Assembly (NCBI GenBank): GCA_003693705.1
Contig: RBZT01000729.1
Span: 68,408 to 132,407, forward strand
Source: Polymyxa betae A26-41
Taxonomy: Eukaryota; Protista; Endomyxa: Phytomyxea
Direction of reading: 5' to 3'
Length of the DNA stretch: 64,000 bases
This document shows positions 36,462 through 48,520 of the stretch, one piece after another. The notes beneath the pieces were generated by a model. It saw only the letters and a program-made list of their open reading frames with translations, was not told the origin of the DNA and searched no databases. The position numbers were made by a program, and so were the translations under genes. Each line of letters begins with the position of its first letter. Position 1 is the first letter of the stretch.

Positions 36462-37817
36462 ATGCTGGATGGGGCTGTATCTCGTCCAGATATTTTGCAT
36501 CCGTTTCTTGACATAATGGATCTGATGCTTCTCCTGCTTTTGTTCAAGGGCATTTCTGGAGCCAGCGTGTTTGAAGTGGTTCCAGCTCCTTTTCTGTATA
36601 TCACATTGAACACGACCGATGTGGAGTCGCTGCTGGGATCTAACGAATCCGAATGTCAGGATCGCGATGGATCTGTTGAGTCTTGTCAAGCTTTATGTAT
36701 GATACACGAGCAATGTATCACATTCGTCTACGACCACAACGATTCGTGCTCATGTCGATTTACGTCCCTCCCTTTCTGCGTATTTCACTCCCCATTTGAG
36801 TCCTACATCGACACCACGTCCTTTCAATCGCAAGGATCTCGAGAGTTGTTGATGGGCATACATCAAAACCGATCTTTTTCGACGCGACTGAATGGATCTG
36901 TTTCTTATGTTGGCTATGCTCCTGTGTTCAAGAATGGGGCTTTACCTATTCCTATCATACAACTTATCCAGGATCCGTCTGGGCGACTTATGCATTTCTC
37001 CAGTGTCAATGGGAGTCTGCAGCGTTATTCGACGATAGAGTCATGTGAGACCTTTTGCCACGAGAGTATGTCGCGATTCAGCTCTGAATGCAAATTTATA
37101 TACGAAATTAATCGTCAGGTCGGGCTTGAAACCTTTCAGATTTGCTATCTATACGATAACAACAGTCTCCTATTATTGGAAACGCTGCAGATGATGAATT
37201 TGACCGACAGATCGAATGACCGTTCGATCTCGTCTAGAGTCGTTTTTATGTCCGGGGCCTGGAATGAATCCCAGAATCATTGCGAGAAATCGGAATGGAC
37301 GTCTTCTCTGCTGAGTCAGGAAGAAACTCTATCGAAGTTCCCTCCACGTAGAACATCTCTAATTTCAGACCAAACTGATCAGAATCTGACATCGGAAGTG
37401 ATATACAGCCCGAATGTTGACGAGCCGAACGTCCTATCCGATTCATATTATCCATTGAATTCTCTTGGGCTCGTCCATCAGATTCTGGCCTTAGTAGCTA
37501 TCTTTGTGTTCCTGGCGTTTTCCATTGGGCTGTGCATTTTCTTCTGTCCGTATATTGCCGCTAGACGAACGCATCGTAACCGACACCGACCACAACATGT
37601 CCATTATAGCCAAGCGGATCCGTTATCGCAATCGATGAGGCCTTATAACCATAGTCAATGGGGACAGCATTCTATGGCTAGTAGCTTCAAAGGCCATAAC
37701 AAAAGCCAACTTGCAAGTTCGATGCCATCAATTGCAAATTCAGAAAAGCGAATGGATGGCTCGTTATCCGATCGTCCTGAAGTCGTGGTCGTTTCGTTGC
37801 CAAACTCACAACGATAA
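36462..37817 (+). CDS. Type I membrane protein with two PAN/Apple-like Cys modules
   Basis: Signal-like segment MDLMLLLLLFKG; SVESCQALC...CITFVY...CSC and TIESCETFC...CKFIY...CYLY; single TM ILALVAIFVFLAFSIGLCIFFC; low-complexity tail. Intronless. Confidence 0.7.
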   Translation: MLDGAVSRPDILHPFLDIMDLMLLLLLFKGISGASVFEVVPAPFLYITLNTTDVESLLGSNESECQDRDGSVESCQALCMIHEQCITFVYDHNDSCSCRFTSLPFCVFHSPFESYIDTTSFQSQGSRELLMGIHQNRSFSTRLNGSVSYVGYAPVFKNGALPIPIIQLIQDPSGRLMHFSSVNGSLQRYSTIESCETFCHESMSRFSSECKFIYEINRQVGLETFQICYLYDNNSLLLLETLQMMNLTDRSNDRSISSRVVFMSGAWNESQNHCEKSEWTSSLLSQEETLSKFPPRRTSLISDQTDQNLTSEVIYSPNVDEPNVLSDSYYPLNSLGLVHQILALVAIFVFLAFSIGLCIFFCPYIAARRTHRNRHRPQHVHYSQADPLSQSMRPYNHSQWGQHSMASSFKGHNKSQLASSMPSIANSEKRMDGSLSDRPEVVVVSLPNSQR

Positions 37818-37967
37818 ACGCCGGCCTGTTTCAATTAAATTTATCCAGATGCTTGTTAATCATTTATAATTAATATTAAGTTACTGCTGAACCAATAAAC
37901 GCAGACTGCCCTTTTTTCTGGAACATGGAGCCTATCTTAATTAATAATATTGTTGGGATTGTTGGGA

Positions 37968-39561
37968 ATGAAATCAGTGGGATTCTTGTTGCAATGGATC
38001 AATATAGGTACTCAGTCGGTTTGTTAATATATTGCATCCTCTAAACTCTGGGAAACCGCAACAGGTATGCCCTGTTGCTTCCCAAAATTTCATGTCGACT
38101 TGACCGAGAAAGAGCCCGAACCCGTCATTGATGTCAAAGCGCCTCCACCCAAACCCGATCATGTCATCTTATTTCTTGGTACGAAATCAGATCCCAACTT
38201 TACAGACTTCTCTAAATAAGTTGAACAGGCACCGGCGAATCGGGAAAGGTCTCTATCGTTGCTTACTCGATTGTGTGTGTGTGTTCTGAGTCTGTATAGT
38301 CGACTTTCTATCGACAGCTGAAGATCCTATACGGTGGCGGGTATTCGTTGGTGGAAATGCAAGAATTCGGTCAAGTGATGCAATCGGTAGAGAACACGCG
38401 AATTGGAAAGCCATCGCAACGACCAACATTCATTGTAATAGATGGTGATATCAGACGCCAGCCGTCTGGTCCAGGCCATGTCCAATCCTAACGTTCGGCA
38501 AGCGGTCGGGCAAGAATTGACGTTCACGAAACCGGCCGAAGACGCCATCTACGTCATCTCTCAATGGATGGTGAACGTCCCGAAGCGTTTAACGCCCGAG
38601 ATCGCCAACATGGTGGCGGCGCTCTGGGCCGACCCGACCGTCAAAAAGGTGACCACAACGCTCGCTTCGAATCACGCTCATCTTAAACGACGAAGGTCTT
38701 CGAATACAAGTCGCTTTACCATCTCAGCAATCAGGCGTATTACTTCTTCGATCGAGTGCAAGAGATGGCCGTCGCCGATTGGATTCCATCGCAGGCTGAT
38801 CTGATCAATTTCCGAGTTCGAACGACCGGCGTCATCGACCAACGGATCACGCTCGACGGCAAACGTTCGTATTGGGTTGTTCGTGGACCGTCTCGGCGGC
38901 GCCTGATTGTTGGTGGCTACAGATTCCCGGGTGGTTGATGTCGGAGGTCAACGCAGCGAGAGAAGGAAATGGATCAAGCATTTCGCAGACGTCTCCATTG
39001 TCATCTTCGTCGTCGCCATCTCTGGTGCTGATCGGTTTCTTGATATCGCAGCCGTTTCGCTGACAAACTGCTGCAGAATACGATCAGAAGAGCTGGGAGG
39101 ACGCTGACGTGAATCGGATGGACGACTCGCTCAAGGTCTTTGAGAGCATTTGTGGCACACAGGAACTCATCGATGCCGTCATATTGCTGTTCTTCAACAA
39201 AACCGGTAAAAGCGAGAGCGCGATTGATCGCCACGATCTCTGATTCCGCTGTAGATCTGTTCAGGCAGAAGCTGGATTCATTCCCGTTTAGCAATTATGC
39301 ATCCGAATATCATGGCGATAATTCCTTGCAGTCGTGTCTCGATTATTTCGTCAGAACGTTTCATGCAGCGGCGAAGCGTTCGTTCAAGAAACTGGTCAGG
39401 CCTGATCGACAACTTCACCATTATTTCACAACGGCCATCGATCCAGATTCGGTCCAGGACGCCTTCGTTGATGTGAATCGTCTACTAATGGGACAACAAC
39501 TAGAACATGATAATGCCCCAGTCATACATATAGAAAGTGATGCTTCTAAACATCCAGCTTA
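37968..39561 (+). CDS. Heterotrimeric G protein alpha subunit
   Basis: LGTGESGKST (G1, across a 20-nt micro-exon), RVRTTGV (G2), [12 protein letters not shown] (G3), FFNKT|D (G4), FTTAID (G5). Start uncertain. Confidence 0.92.
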
Positions 39562-39599
39562 ATATTCTGTCACCTATCTTGCTATTATTATATTTGTAA

Positions 39600-40367
39600 T
39601 TAAAGGGTCTGAAGAGATATCAATACGATAGCTACTATAGCAATTAATACATGAAGGGAAGCCGGTTTCCAGCATGATGATGCCTCCAATCGATCGGAAT
39701 ACAACTTCGTACCATTCTTCAACATCGGGTCGTCGACCTCTGCGAAGCTGGATTCAGGTCTCCCGCGATTGCCTTCAGCTTCCGATTCTTGAAGGCATTC
39801 AGGAACAAGTAAAATGCTATCGATCATGATCTGGATTTTTTCTTGAACGCGCGGAATACCGATCACAACAGCATGTGCGAAGTCCATAGAATCTGGGGCT
39901 GGAAAACGAAACGTTTGCGGGAGACCTTTAATATGATTAGATGGGATTATCAATACGAACAAATTTCAACCAGATTGGATTTGAGTTCTCTTGGTTGTCG
40001 ATAACCAGAGCCGTTTAGCACAGTGTGCCTCGCTTTCGCCAGTTAGGAGGCTGACCTCGACAGAGACAGGAACCGATGCGCTCCAAACCAGCTCGACATA
40101 TTTGATTTGAGCAAAATTCCGACATCCAGCTGTATCGATATCGCTGACCCAATAGCCAGATTGTCCAGGAATATTCTCTAATATTAGGCGATTATCGTGA
40201 ACAGAAACCTTAGATAAAGTTTGGTCATGTAGAGTTGTTTGGCCCAGATCATTGATCGCCGGATTCGGTTGGCTGAATGTGTTCAGATATATGGAGCCGG
40301 GGCATGGCTGCCCCAATGCATTATATACACTGATTATGCTGACCACCAGGAACACCTTGCTCATCAT
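39600..40367 (-). CDS. Secreted or membrane-anchored hypothetical protein
   Basis: Signal peptide MMSKVFLVVSIISVYNALG. A 45-nt intron (GTTGAA...CTAAT...AAAG) removes the in-frame TGA. C-terminal hydrophobic anchor. Confidence 0.75.
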
Positions 40368-40471
40368 GTCGCCTGTTGCGATGTCGAGATGATTAACGAA
40401 GTGAACTCAGAGGCAGAGCTGAGAAGGAAGATATTATTTGGGCGAATTTGGCGGCGCTGTGTCTGTGACTT

Positions 40472-43400
40472 TCAGTTGGCCATCACCATGCCGGGACCCA
40501 CTAAAGCCTTCAATCGCAGATCAACCAGTTTTTCAAGTCGATCGATATCTCGCATCAGAGTCGCATTAGACATGAAGACGGTCGGGTCAGGTTGAGACTC
40601 AGCAATGATACTCAACATCAGGCGGTATTTCTCGATAATGCTGGCTGATTTGGCGCCATAAATCAGAGCTCCTTCAAACACCAAACGTGCATAGGAGAGT
40701 CGTTGGCAGATATCAAACCCGGATTTCGTGTTGCACATCAGCTCGATGAATTTGTTATAGGCAGGGTCCAGACGAGTCCATTTCCCAATTATACTTTCCA
40801 CTGTAGGACATAAATGATCATCTTCATCGCTACAGTCTTCCTAAATCAATATTAATTATTGTAACAAAACGTAATTGAATTCACTATACAACTTTCATGA
40901 ATATGAGATGCCTCAGCTGGCTGCAAACATGTCGGAAACGCTCCAGCGACATTTGTTTAGTGGCAGCTTGCTGGGTCGTCTTTTCGAACAGAACTTGCAG
41001 CTGCCTGTTGCTAAGTTGCGCTGATGCAATGGTTAGCTCAGAGATATAGACCGAGATCGACTACGTACGAATAGTGTTTGATGAAAACGCCCTTGAAAAT
41101 TGATCGAATGAGATGAAGTGATCGTTGTTATGATCTACAGAGTGAAAGACGCGGCGCGCCCATTGATCCCTTTCATATTCGAGCTCGGCACGACGTATTC
41201 CTTGATATGCTAGAGGGATGAACCTGTTCACTTCGATACCGTACTCATTGCAGTTAAACCGACGATCATGAGGATTAATAACATCCATCTAAAAACAATT
41301 TAGATAACCGCCTATCAACAGCAGAAAATTTCGCTGACCATGTTCAAATTCAAACGAGGGGATAAAATCTGCGATTTCTTGATGACATCGAAAGATCCAT
41401 ATTCGTGAACGATATGAGCCCATGGTCGGCATGCCTGGGTTACCAATGCAGTTGTTTGTTGGTACGCTGCAGATGAAATGAAATCGCTAAAGAGCGATTT
41501 GATGACATCGACAGCACGATCCTGACAGATGTAATTGTGATCTTGAATTAGCATGGAAACACCATGCCGGGATTTTGTCAGCAACTGCCGAATCCGTAAG
41601 AGGATCTTCACATGCGAATCGGATTCGCCTTCCAGAAGATCGCCGATTAGATCGATGAACACATTGCAAGGTCGGTATTTGCGAATCGAATTCATCATTT
41701 CGCTCCATTTAGTTACAACAATCTGATCGAGACCGTGCTGTTCTTTCATTAAACCGATTATGTACAGGTTCAAATCGATAGCTTGTGACCGTCGCTGTTT
41801 CTCTTTTTTTGCGATTGTAGCAGCGAAGCAGGAATCCAGAACAAAATCGATCAGTTTCAGTAAATTGGGTTCGGTCATCAGAATGTCATTTTGTTTATGA
41901 TTCCGGGCTTGTTTCAACAAATTCTCTAGGCTCGAGTTAAGATTAGACTTGATCAATAGATCGAGCCTTGGCCTACGCCTGGCAAATCTGGGCGTCTTCG
42001 GGAGCGTAACAGGTTGATTGGGAACTGGCGTAGACGTGTTCCAGCCAGGATTTGATGAAATAGATAATCGAGAAGACATTGATGAGCGTTGTTTAAGAGA
42101 AGGACTGCCCAGATATTCGATTGAATTCAAGTCGTAGCGATGCTCTTTCTCCGTTCGAATCTTGTCAAAATTCAAAGACAGTTCCGCTTTCACAGCACTT
42201 TGATTGGAGCCTAAAGTGGATCGACGAGAGGACTGCTCTTTTGCGAGCTTGTCGGAATCTAATTCTGTAGGCCTTTCATATTCCTTGGAAGGAAGTCCAT
42301 CGTCAATGGGTATGATGAGTATTGGGCCAGAGGGCCTCGATGAGATCATATCGGATTCCCTTCTGGTTTGACTCGGATCCAGAATCGGATTATGGGTGTT
42401 GGATACTTTCCGTTCTTGTGCGTCGTATTTTTGATTAAAACCTCCCTCTGTCCGAGCGGTTTGAATTCCTTCAGAGTGATTGATTTTCTCAACATGTAAG
42501 GCCGGTTTCGGAGGGCTTTTAAGTTCAAAAAATACACGAGCTCTTTCAGGTTTGTGGGTTGGCTCTTGTGGTAGAATGCCGAGAGATTGAGATAGGCTAT
42601 CGTCGCGAGTGTGATCATCTTCTGGCTCAGGTAGAGCTGGTTCTAAAAGAACCAGACTTGAAATAGATTCCGAAAAATTAACGCCTGCTCTCCCATCTTT
42701 ATCTGGAGAGACTGAATCGATTGAGGGTTTGGGCAGGTTCAATGCTTCCGAGATTGATTTGTTCGGAGCCGATTCAGGCAGTCCGGGCATTTCATTACCT
42801 GTTGCATTGTCTGCTACAGACACCAAATCCGTGTCACTATGAACCGAAGGAACTTCGGGTTCTGGTTTGTTCGAATCAGAATTGAGTAAAAACGGATGTT
42901 CTGCTGATTCTGTTTTGGAAAGATCGTCCGTAGGTTGCTCTGCGGAATAGGCTGCATTACCGATACTACTCGAGCTTTCACAATCTGAGAGATTTCCTCC
43001 ATCAAGATCAGGAACCGAGTCTGCAATTTCATTAGTCACTGTGGAAATTCGGTGGCACAGCGGTGATTACCAAGAGCTGGGGACGAAACCGAACTCAGAG
43101 GATCGATCGATGATTGCTTTGCGGGATTGGCTGCATCAACAGAGTTAATTGAGCTTTGATGGTTCGAACGTTCAAGTTTTTCAAGATTAGGTGCCGAGTC
43201 CACGATATCTAATTGTTAATCATTGTGGGAATTTGGCAGTAACAACGATAAATACCGAATGCTGAGGACAGAAACGAACTCATTTTGTTGATTAGGGCGC
43301 TCTGAGTAGGGTCAGACTCGACAGACGCCACAGGCTGGCGCAATTGAAGAGACTTCTTCAAAGCTTTCGCCTGTTGTTCGTATCGATTTCTTTCAGCTTC

Positions 43401-44469
43401 CCAAAAGTTTCTGAGTTGTAGAAAGTTGTTCTGGAACTCATTGTGATCGTCCATGATCCTGCATTTTGTCATTGCAAGGTGTTTCACACACCGAAATTTC
43501 ATACGTTTGCTTCTCTTGAATCCAAAATTCGCGCTCTAGCTGTAGCGTCTCCTGTTCAGATTCCAGCTGCGACATACGAGCTTCCAAATCTCTGTTTAAC
43601 TGAACCTGGTGCTCAAGCTGCGCCACAATCGTGTTCGTCTGGTTCACGTTATGTTGTGCCTGTTGATTCTGAGTTGAGCTCATGGTCAAGGAAATAACGA
43701 TCATGAACCTTTCTAATATAATGAGGGACGGCGACAAACATCTCGTGGTAAGATTTTCGAATCTCTTCCAACACCTGCCCTGATTCTACACATCGGTTGG
43801 ACTCGTTCTCGATCACTTTCCGAAATACATCGTCATAGAGCTTCTGCTCGTTTTCGCACAGCTCGGATAGACCTAGATCGCAATCAATCATCACAGCCGC
43901 AAAAGTGAGGTGACGGCGAACCTTGTAGAGGATCAGTACGGCAGGGTTCGAACGCAATCGAATTTAACGACCCAGAACGCTGCCTCAGTTGTTCTTGCAG
44001 CTGGCTGTATCGTTCTCTTTGCTGTGATTTTGCAGGAGGCAATCCTGCCTGAACACGACGTTCCTGGTCTCGATTACGATAGGCTGAAAGGAAAGATGAG
44101 CTATCAGACACTGTTTCGATAGATTCACTGACATTCCAGCATATTTGCAGGGAACGGCGCCTCTGAGCAAATTGAATCTTCGTGGCTCTCGTTTTGATCT
44201 GATCGATGCAGCTGCGATTGCGATGCACGATTATAGAACGCTCTTTGTTGATAAATGTGATCAGGTTTTGGTTGGTCTGGTGGCCGAGGCGCAAGGTTCA
44301 CGCTCGGCTCTGATCGGTTCAATCGATTGTAGAGGCGGGTCGGTGCCGGCTGAAGATCGGGGATGGCATTGCTGATGTTGCACGAAACCGACGCCGACCG
44401 CTGCTGGGCTCGATGCTGGGCTAGATCCTGGAGCAGCTCGTGGCGGTAGTCATGGTGATTGTCCGTCAT
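40472..44469 (-). CDS. Large protein with axonemal dynein light chain (AXDND1/p28-like) segment, coiled coil and C-terminal EF-hand
   Basis: EQKLYDDVFRKVIENESNRCVESGQVLEEIRKSY resembles the Ax_dynein_light domain. The large exon 41315-43038 starts after a CAG acceptor. VFHSVDHNNDHFISFDQF is an EF-hand loop. Confidence 0.6.
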
Positions 44470-44802
44470 TCGACGCCTTATGAGACCGACATGAAGGGTA
44501 CGCTAAATGGATCTGCCATAGAAGAGGCGCCCATTATCACTCTGTCAATGAAAACCTAATTGCACAGTCGGCAGTGTTGGACACATCATGTAACGTAGCC
44601 CATTGACGCCGTCACCTTGACATTAGGTGTAGGGTTTAGGGTTTTTGTCCTCGGTAACAATACAGTTTGGGCAGGGTGATGATGCTCATCATGGTCCGCA
44701 GCTTTGTCTGCGATTTAGTTAGCCCGACATTGAGGGGGTCAGAGTGTTGTCGCCTCGCTGAGCTGCAGGCAATCCTGTGCTGGAGTTGGCTTGCCACCAG
44801 CA

Positions 44803-46104
44803 ATGGACCCGCTGACGGTCTCCGATCTTGTGGCCAAATTTCAGGAGACGTCGCAGGAGTTCAAGATCGATTACCTGATCGGCCAGGGCGCGTTCGGCAA
44901 AGTCTACAAAGCCCATCGCAAAGACAATCCCAATAAATTTGTATTCCGATATGTGTACAGGCTTTTCGGATTGCTTATCGTCGCCCAGGTCGCTATTAAG
45001 CATATGAATTCAGTTCGGGAAGGCATGGGGATACCGCAAGATGCCTATCGGGAAATCAAGATACTGAAAGAAATCAGCAGGTTCCCCCATGAAAACATCG
45101 TTAGTCTGGAACGAGTCTTCATGAATCCACGAGGTGCTGGTGATGCCCCTGGATTATCGCTTGTCTACGACTATGCCGAATATGATCTCGGTGAGATCAT
45201 CAGGCACCATCGGAAGACTGGTACAAGGATGGAGATTCGGATGGTGAAATCCATTATATGGCAGCTGTTAAAAGGAGTTCAGTTCTTGCATGAAAACTGG
45301 ATTATGCATCGTGACTTAAAACCGGTAATAATGCTGTCATTGCTCCTGGTTTTTTATTGATTTCTTGGATCGCAGCAAAACATTTTGGTCACCGACAGCG
45401 GCGAGCTACCAGGCACTGTTAAAATTGCAGATTTCGGCTTAGCACGTCTGTTTCAAGATCCACTGCGAAGTCTGGCGGCTGATGGCGACGTTTGTACCAT
45501 TTGGTATAGGGCACCAGAACTTCTCCTAGGAGCTGCACATTATACGCGAGCTGTCGATATGTGGTCGATTGGCTGCGTCTTCGCCGAGCTTATATTGGTC
45601 AGGGCAATCTTCACAGGAACCGAAGCGAAAAAGAAGCATACGATCCAAGCCGATCAGCTGAAGAAGGTTTTCCGGATTTTGGGGAAACCGACATTACAGC
45701 AATGGCCTGATATGATCTATCTGATGTATCACAGCGAAATTGTGCAATGGCCCGATTCCGAGTTTAAGTTCTGCCTCCCGCAGGTGCTGAAGATTGATCG
45801 GAATAGCTCAATGTGCGACTTGCTGCTCCATCTGTTAGAATACGGTCAGCTGCATTTTAGATCTGTTGACCTCTCATTCTGAGTCTGTCTGGCAGACCCA
45901 AAGCAACGGTGGACAGCTGAACAGGCGCTGCAACATCGATGGTTTACGGAAGCACCTGAACCACACCAGAATGTATTTTTAAGACCGAATGGCTCGCTGT
46001 ATAAATATCCCGCTCGTGTTCCAGCCCAAGACGGGCAAAAGCGAGCACCTGATCCTGTACCTATACAACCTAATAATGCAGCCAAGAAAGGGAAACTCGT
46101 GTAG
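44803..46104 (+). CDS. CDK8: Cyclin-dependent kinase, CDK8/CDKE-like
   Basis: IGQGAFGKVY, LVYDYAEYDLGEIIRHH, VKSIIWQLL.G..FLHENWIMHRDLKP, VKIADFGLARLFQDPLRSL, TIWYRAPELLLGAAHYT. Confidence 0.85.
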
Positions 46105-46163
46105 ATATATCAAACTTAATTATAAACGATATATATGTTTGTATTATCTTGAGAATCGATTCG

Positions 46164-48330
46164 CTATATAGTGTTGGCGAATCGATGGCGCTCTATCGGT
46201 GCTATCACACCGGCATTCAGCTGCGTCCATGACGACTCCACCACGGTAATGTCATCTCCAGAAAATACGGCCTGTTGGATTGGAGTGCTGTAGAAATCAA
46301 TAAGCTGTAATGCAGCGCTATGTACAATGACTCGGGACGCTGACGAGTCTTCAATTCCAGCACGATGCTCCGTTAAAGATCTTGTCGTTGGAATAACCTC
46401 GGGACTAGCGTTTAAATTAAGCTTGGCGATGAACGTGTTCGAAACGAGCATCAACACGTTGGGAGTCGATGACGAGAACTCGATGCGGAACACGATGGAA
46501 GCTCGGTCCAGTAGCCGCCTTGAATGCAAATTCGAAATAGAATGGTGCAGAGCGGTTACAAATTCGGGCAGAATCAGTTGGTTCTGATCGAGGTCAAAAA
46601 TGTACAAGCAGTTATCGGCGGTGATCAAAGCAATGACATTCGATGAGTTAAAAGAACCGAATGCCATAGCGGAAACACTCGCCCTCATTCTTGGTAAGGT
46701 AGCAACCAAGCGTAGATCAGAAGTCGAATACACGCTCACCAAGCCATCCAAATCGGCGATTGACAAAAAGGAGTCATCGGGTGAAATTACCAATCGGGTG
46801 CAAATTGTCGGCAATGGATCCGACGATCGCGTTTCGGTAGCGTCTGCAACTTCAAACGATCGCAAGCGTTGCTCATCGATATCGACAGCGTAAATCGTTG
46901 AAGAATCAGAGCTGAAAACGATATGACTGAGCGCAGGAAGGTGTTGCTGCTGCTGATGATGCTCAAGGACAAGCTTCCCTTTCGACGTCGTGTTCAGGCT
47001 GAACAAAAACGATCTCGAGCTGGTAGAGGTCACCAAAAAATTAGCTGACGGTGATAATGATGCAGAAAGTAGTCCGGCAGTACATTGATACCGAGAGCAA
47101 ATTTGAGAATCGCGCCAAATAACGACCGAATTGGCTCCTGATAGCACAGCGAACGTGTTTGCATTGGAAGAGCATGTCAAGTCGGCTGTATGAGAGAATG
47201 GAGACGCTGCCGAGTACTGGTTACCAATTGTCACGATGAGCTGCCCATCGCAGCCAGCAGAAACGATGGCGTCGTCTCCAGACGTCACAATGCATAGAAT
47301 ATCATTGCGATGCTGACGAACCGCTTTAGTCTGAATAAACGTCTGGCCGGACCCTTGAACATAGACCACTTTGCGATCGAGGCCAGCGGCGACGATTTCA
47401 TAACCGGCAGCAACGATGGATGTGATGTCGGCCGAATGAGTCGACAGCGTCTCGATCAACGTGAACGTCTTCAAACACCAGAAATACAGCTTGCCATCGG
47501 TCGATCCGCTGACCAAAGCAGACTGGTCTGGAGTCAGACACAACGCTCTGCGAGCACCATTATAACAAGACGTTCAATGGAGAATGACGATACGCACCTT
47601 ATTCTAGAGGGTGTAGAGAACTGTGAGATCACCTGGCTTGTAACAATATTATAAACAGAAATCATGCTGTTAGAGTAAGAGGCCGCAACCGTCTCATTGT
47701 CCAAGAATACGACAGCGGTGACTCGCGTGGCTTTGGCATTGGGGATGGCGCTCTGGAACGACCGGACGTAGTTCAGCGACAAGGAACCCGAATCTGAAAA
47801 CGAGTCAGAAGCGGCGAACGCCATCGGGGACACGACGGGTACCGAATAGACGAAGAGAGCCGTCCATACATCCCAAGATGATTTTTGACTGGCGCACAGC
47901 CATACAGAATACCGGGCCACCATATGAAGAACTGGTTTGCAAAGGGCAGCGACGATTGAGATTCCTAGGAAGAAGTTAGAAGAACCGAGGACAGGATCAA
48001 AGATGCCGACCATTCCGTCAGGGTTCCGTCCAGATCTGAAGTGAAGAGCCGCGACCCGATCCAGGCGATTTGAGTGATGACGTAATCGGTCCGATTCGGT
48101 TTGGCAAATGGGATCGTGAAGTTCACGATGACATAACGCCCATGCCGTCTACAAATCTGAATGCGACCGTTATCGCGAACCGCAGCGATATCATCGCCAT
48201 TCGTCGCCATACACGTGACCGCTGACAACGGCGAGCACATAACATCGCAATGGGTGATTTTCGCCGATCTTGACGGTCTCGTCGCATGATTCGACAGTTC
48301 GTCGTCGCGACATATTCTCATTCCACCCAT
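46164..48330 (-). CDS. UTP4: U3 snoRNP-associated WD40 protein UTP4-like
   Basis: SAVTCMA...AVRDNGRIQI...IAWIGSRLFTSDLDGTLTEW N-terminus, WD repeats, and C-terminal VVESSW...APIERHRF. Confidence 0.75.
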
Positions 48331-48520
48331 TCTGAGCTGGCCGCCAGCAGGTCGCTCTTCAGAAAAGTCGATCGGGCCAAAACAGAGCTATTCTTTCGAC
48401 CTGGATCCCGGGAAAGTCTCGCAGAATGTCCGCCACGGACTGCGCCAACTCCGACATCCGCTTTCAAAGTCGATTCATCTCCCGCCATCATTCCTGTTAT
48501 CACACTCCAAATCCTACATC

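Noticed and set aside
39963-39968. In-frame TGA between two same-frame ORFs as selenocysteine, readthrough or pseudogene
   Set aside because: A 45-nt GT-AG intron with a CTAAT branch site removes the stop and keeps the frame.
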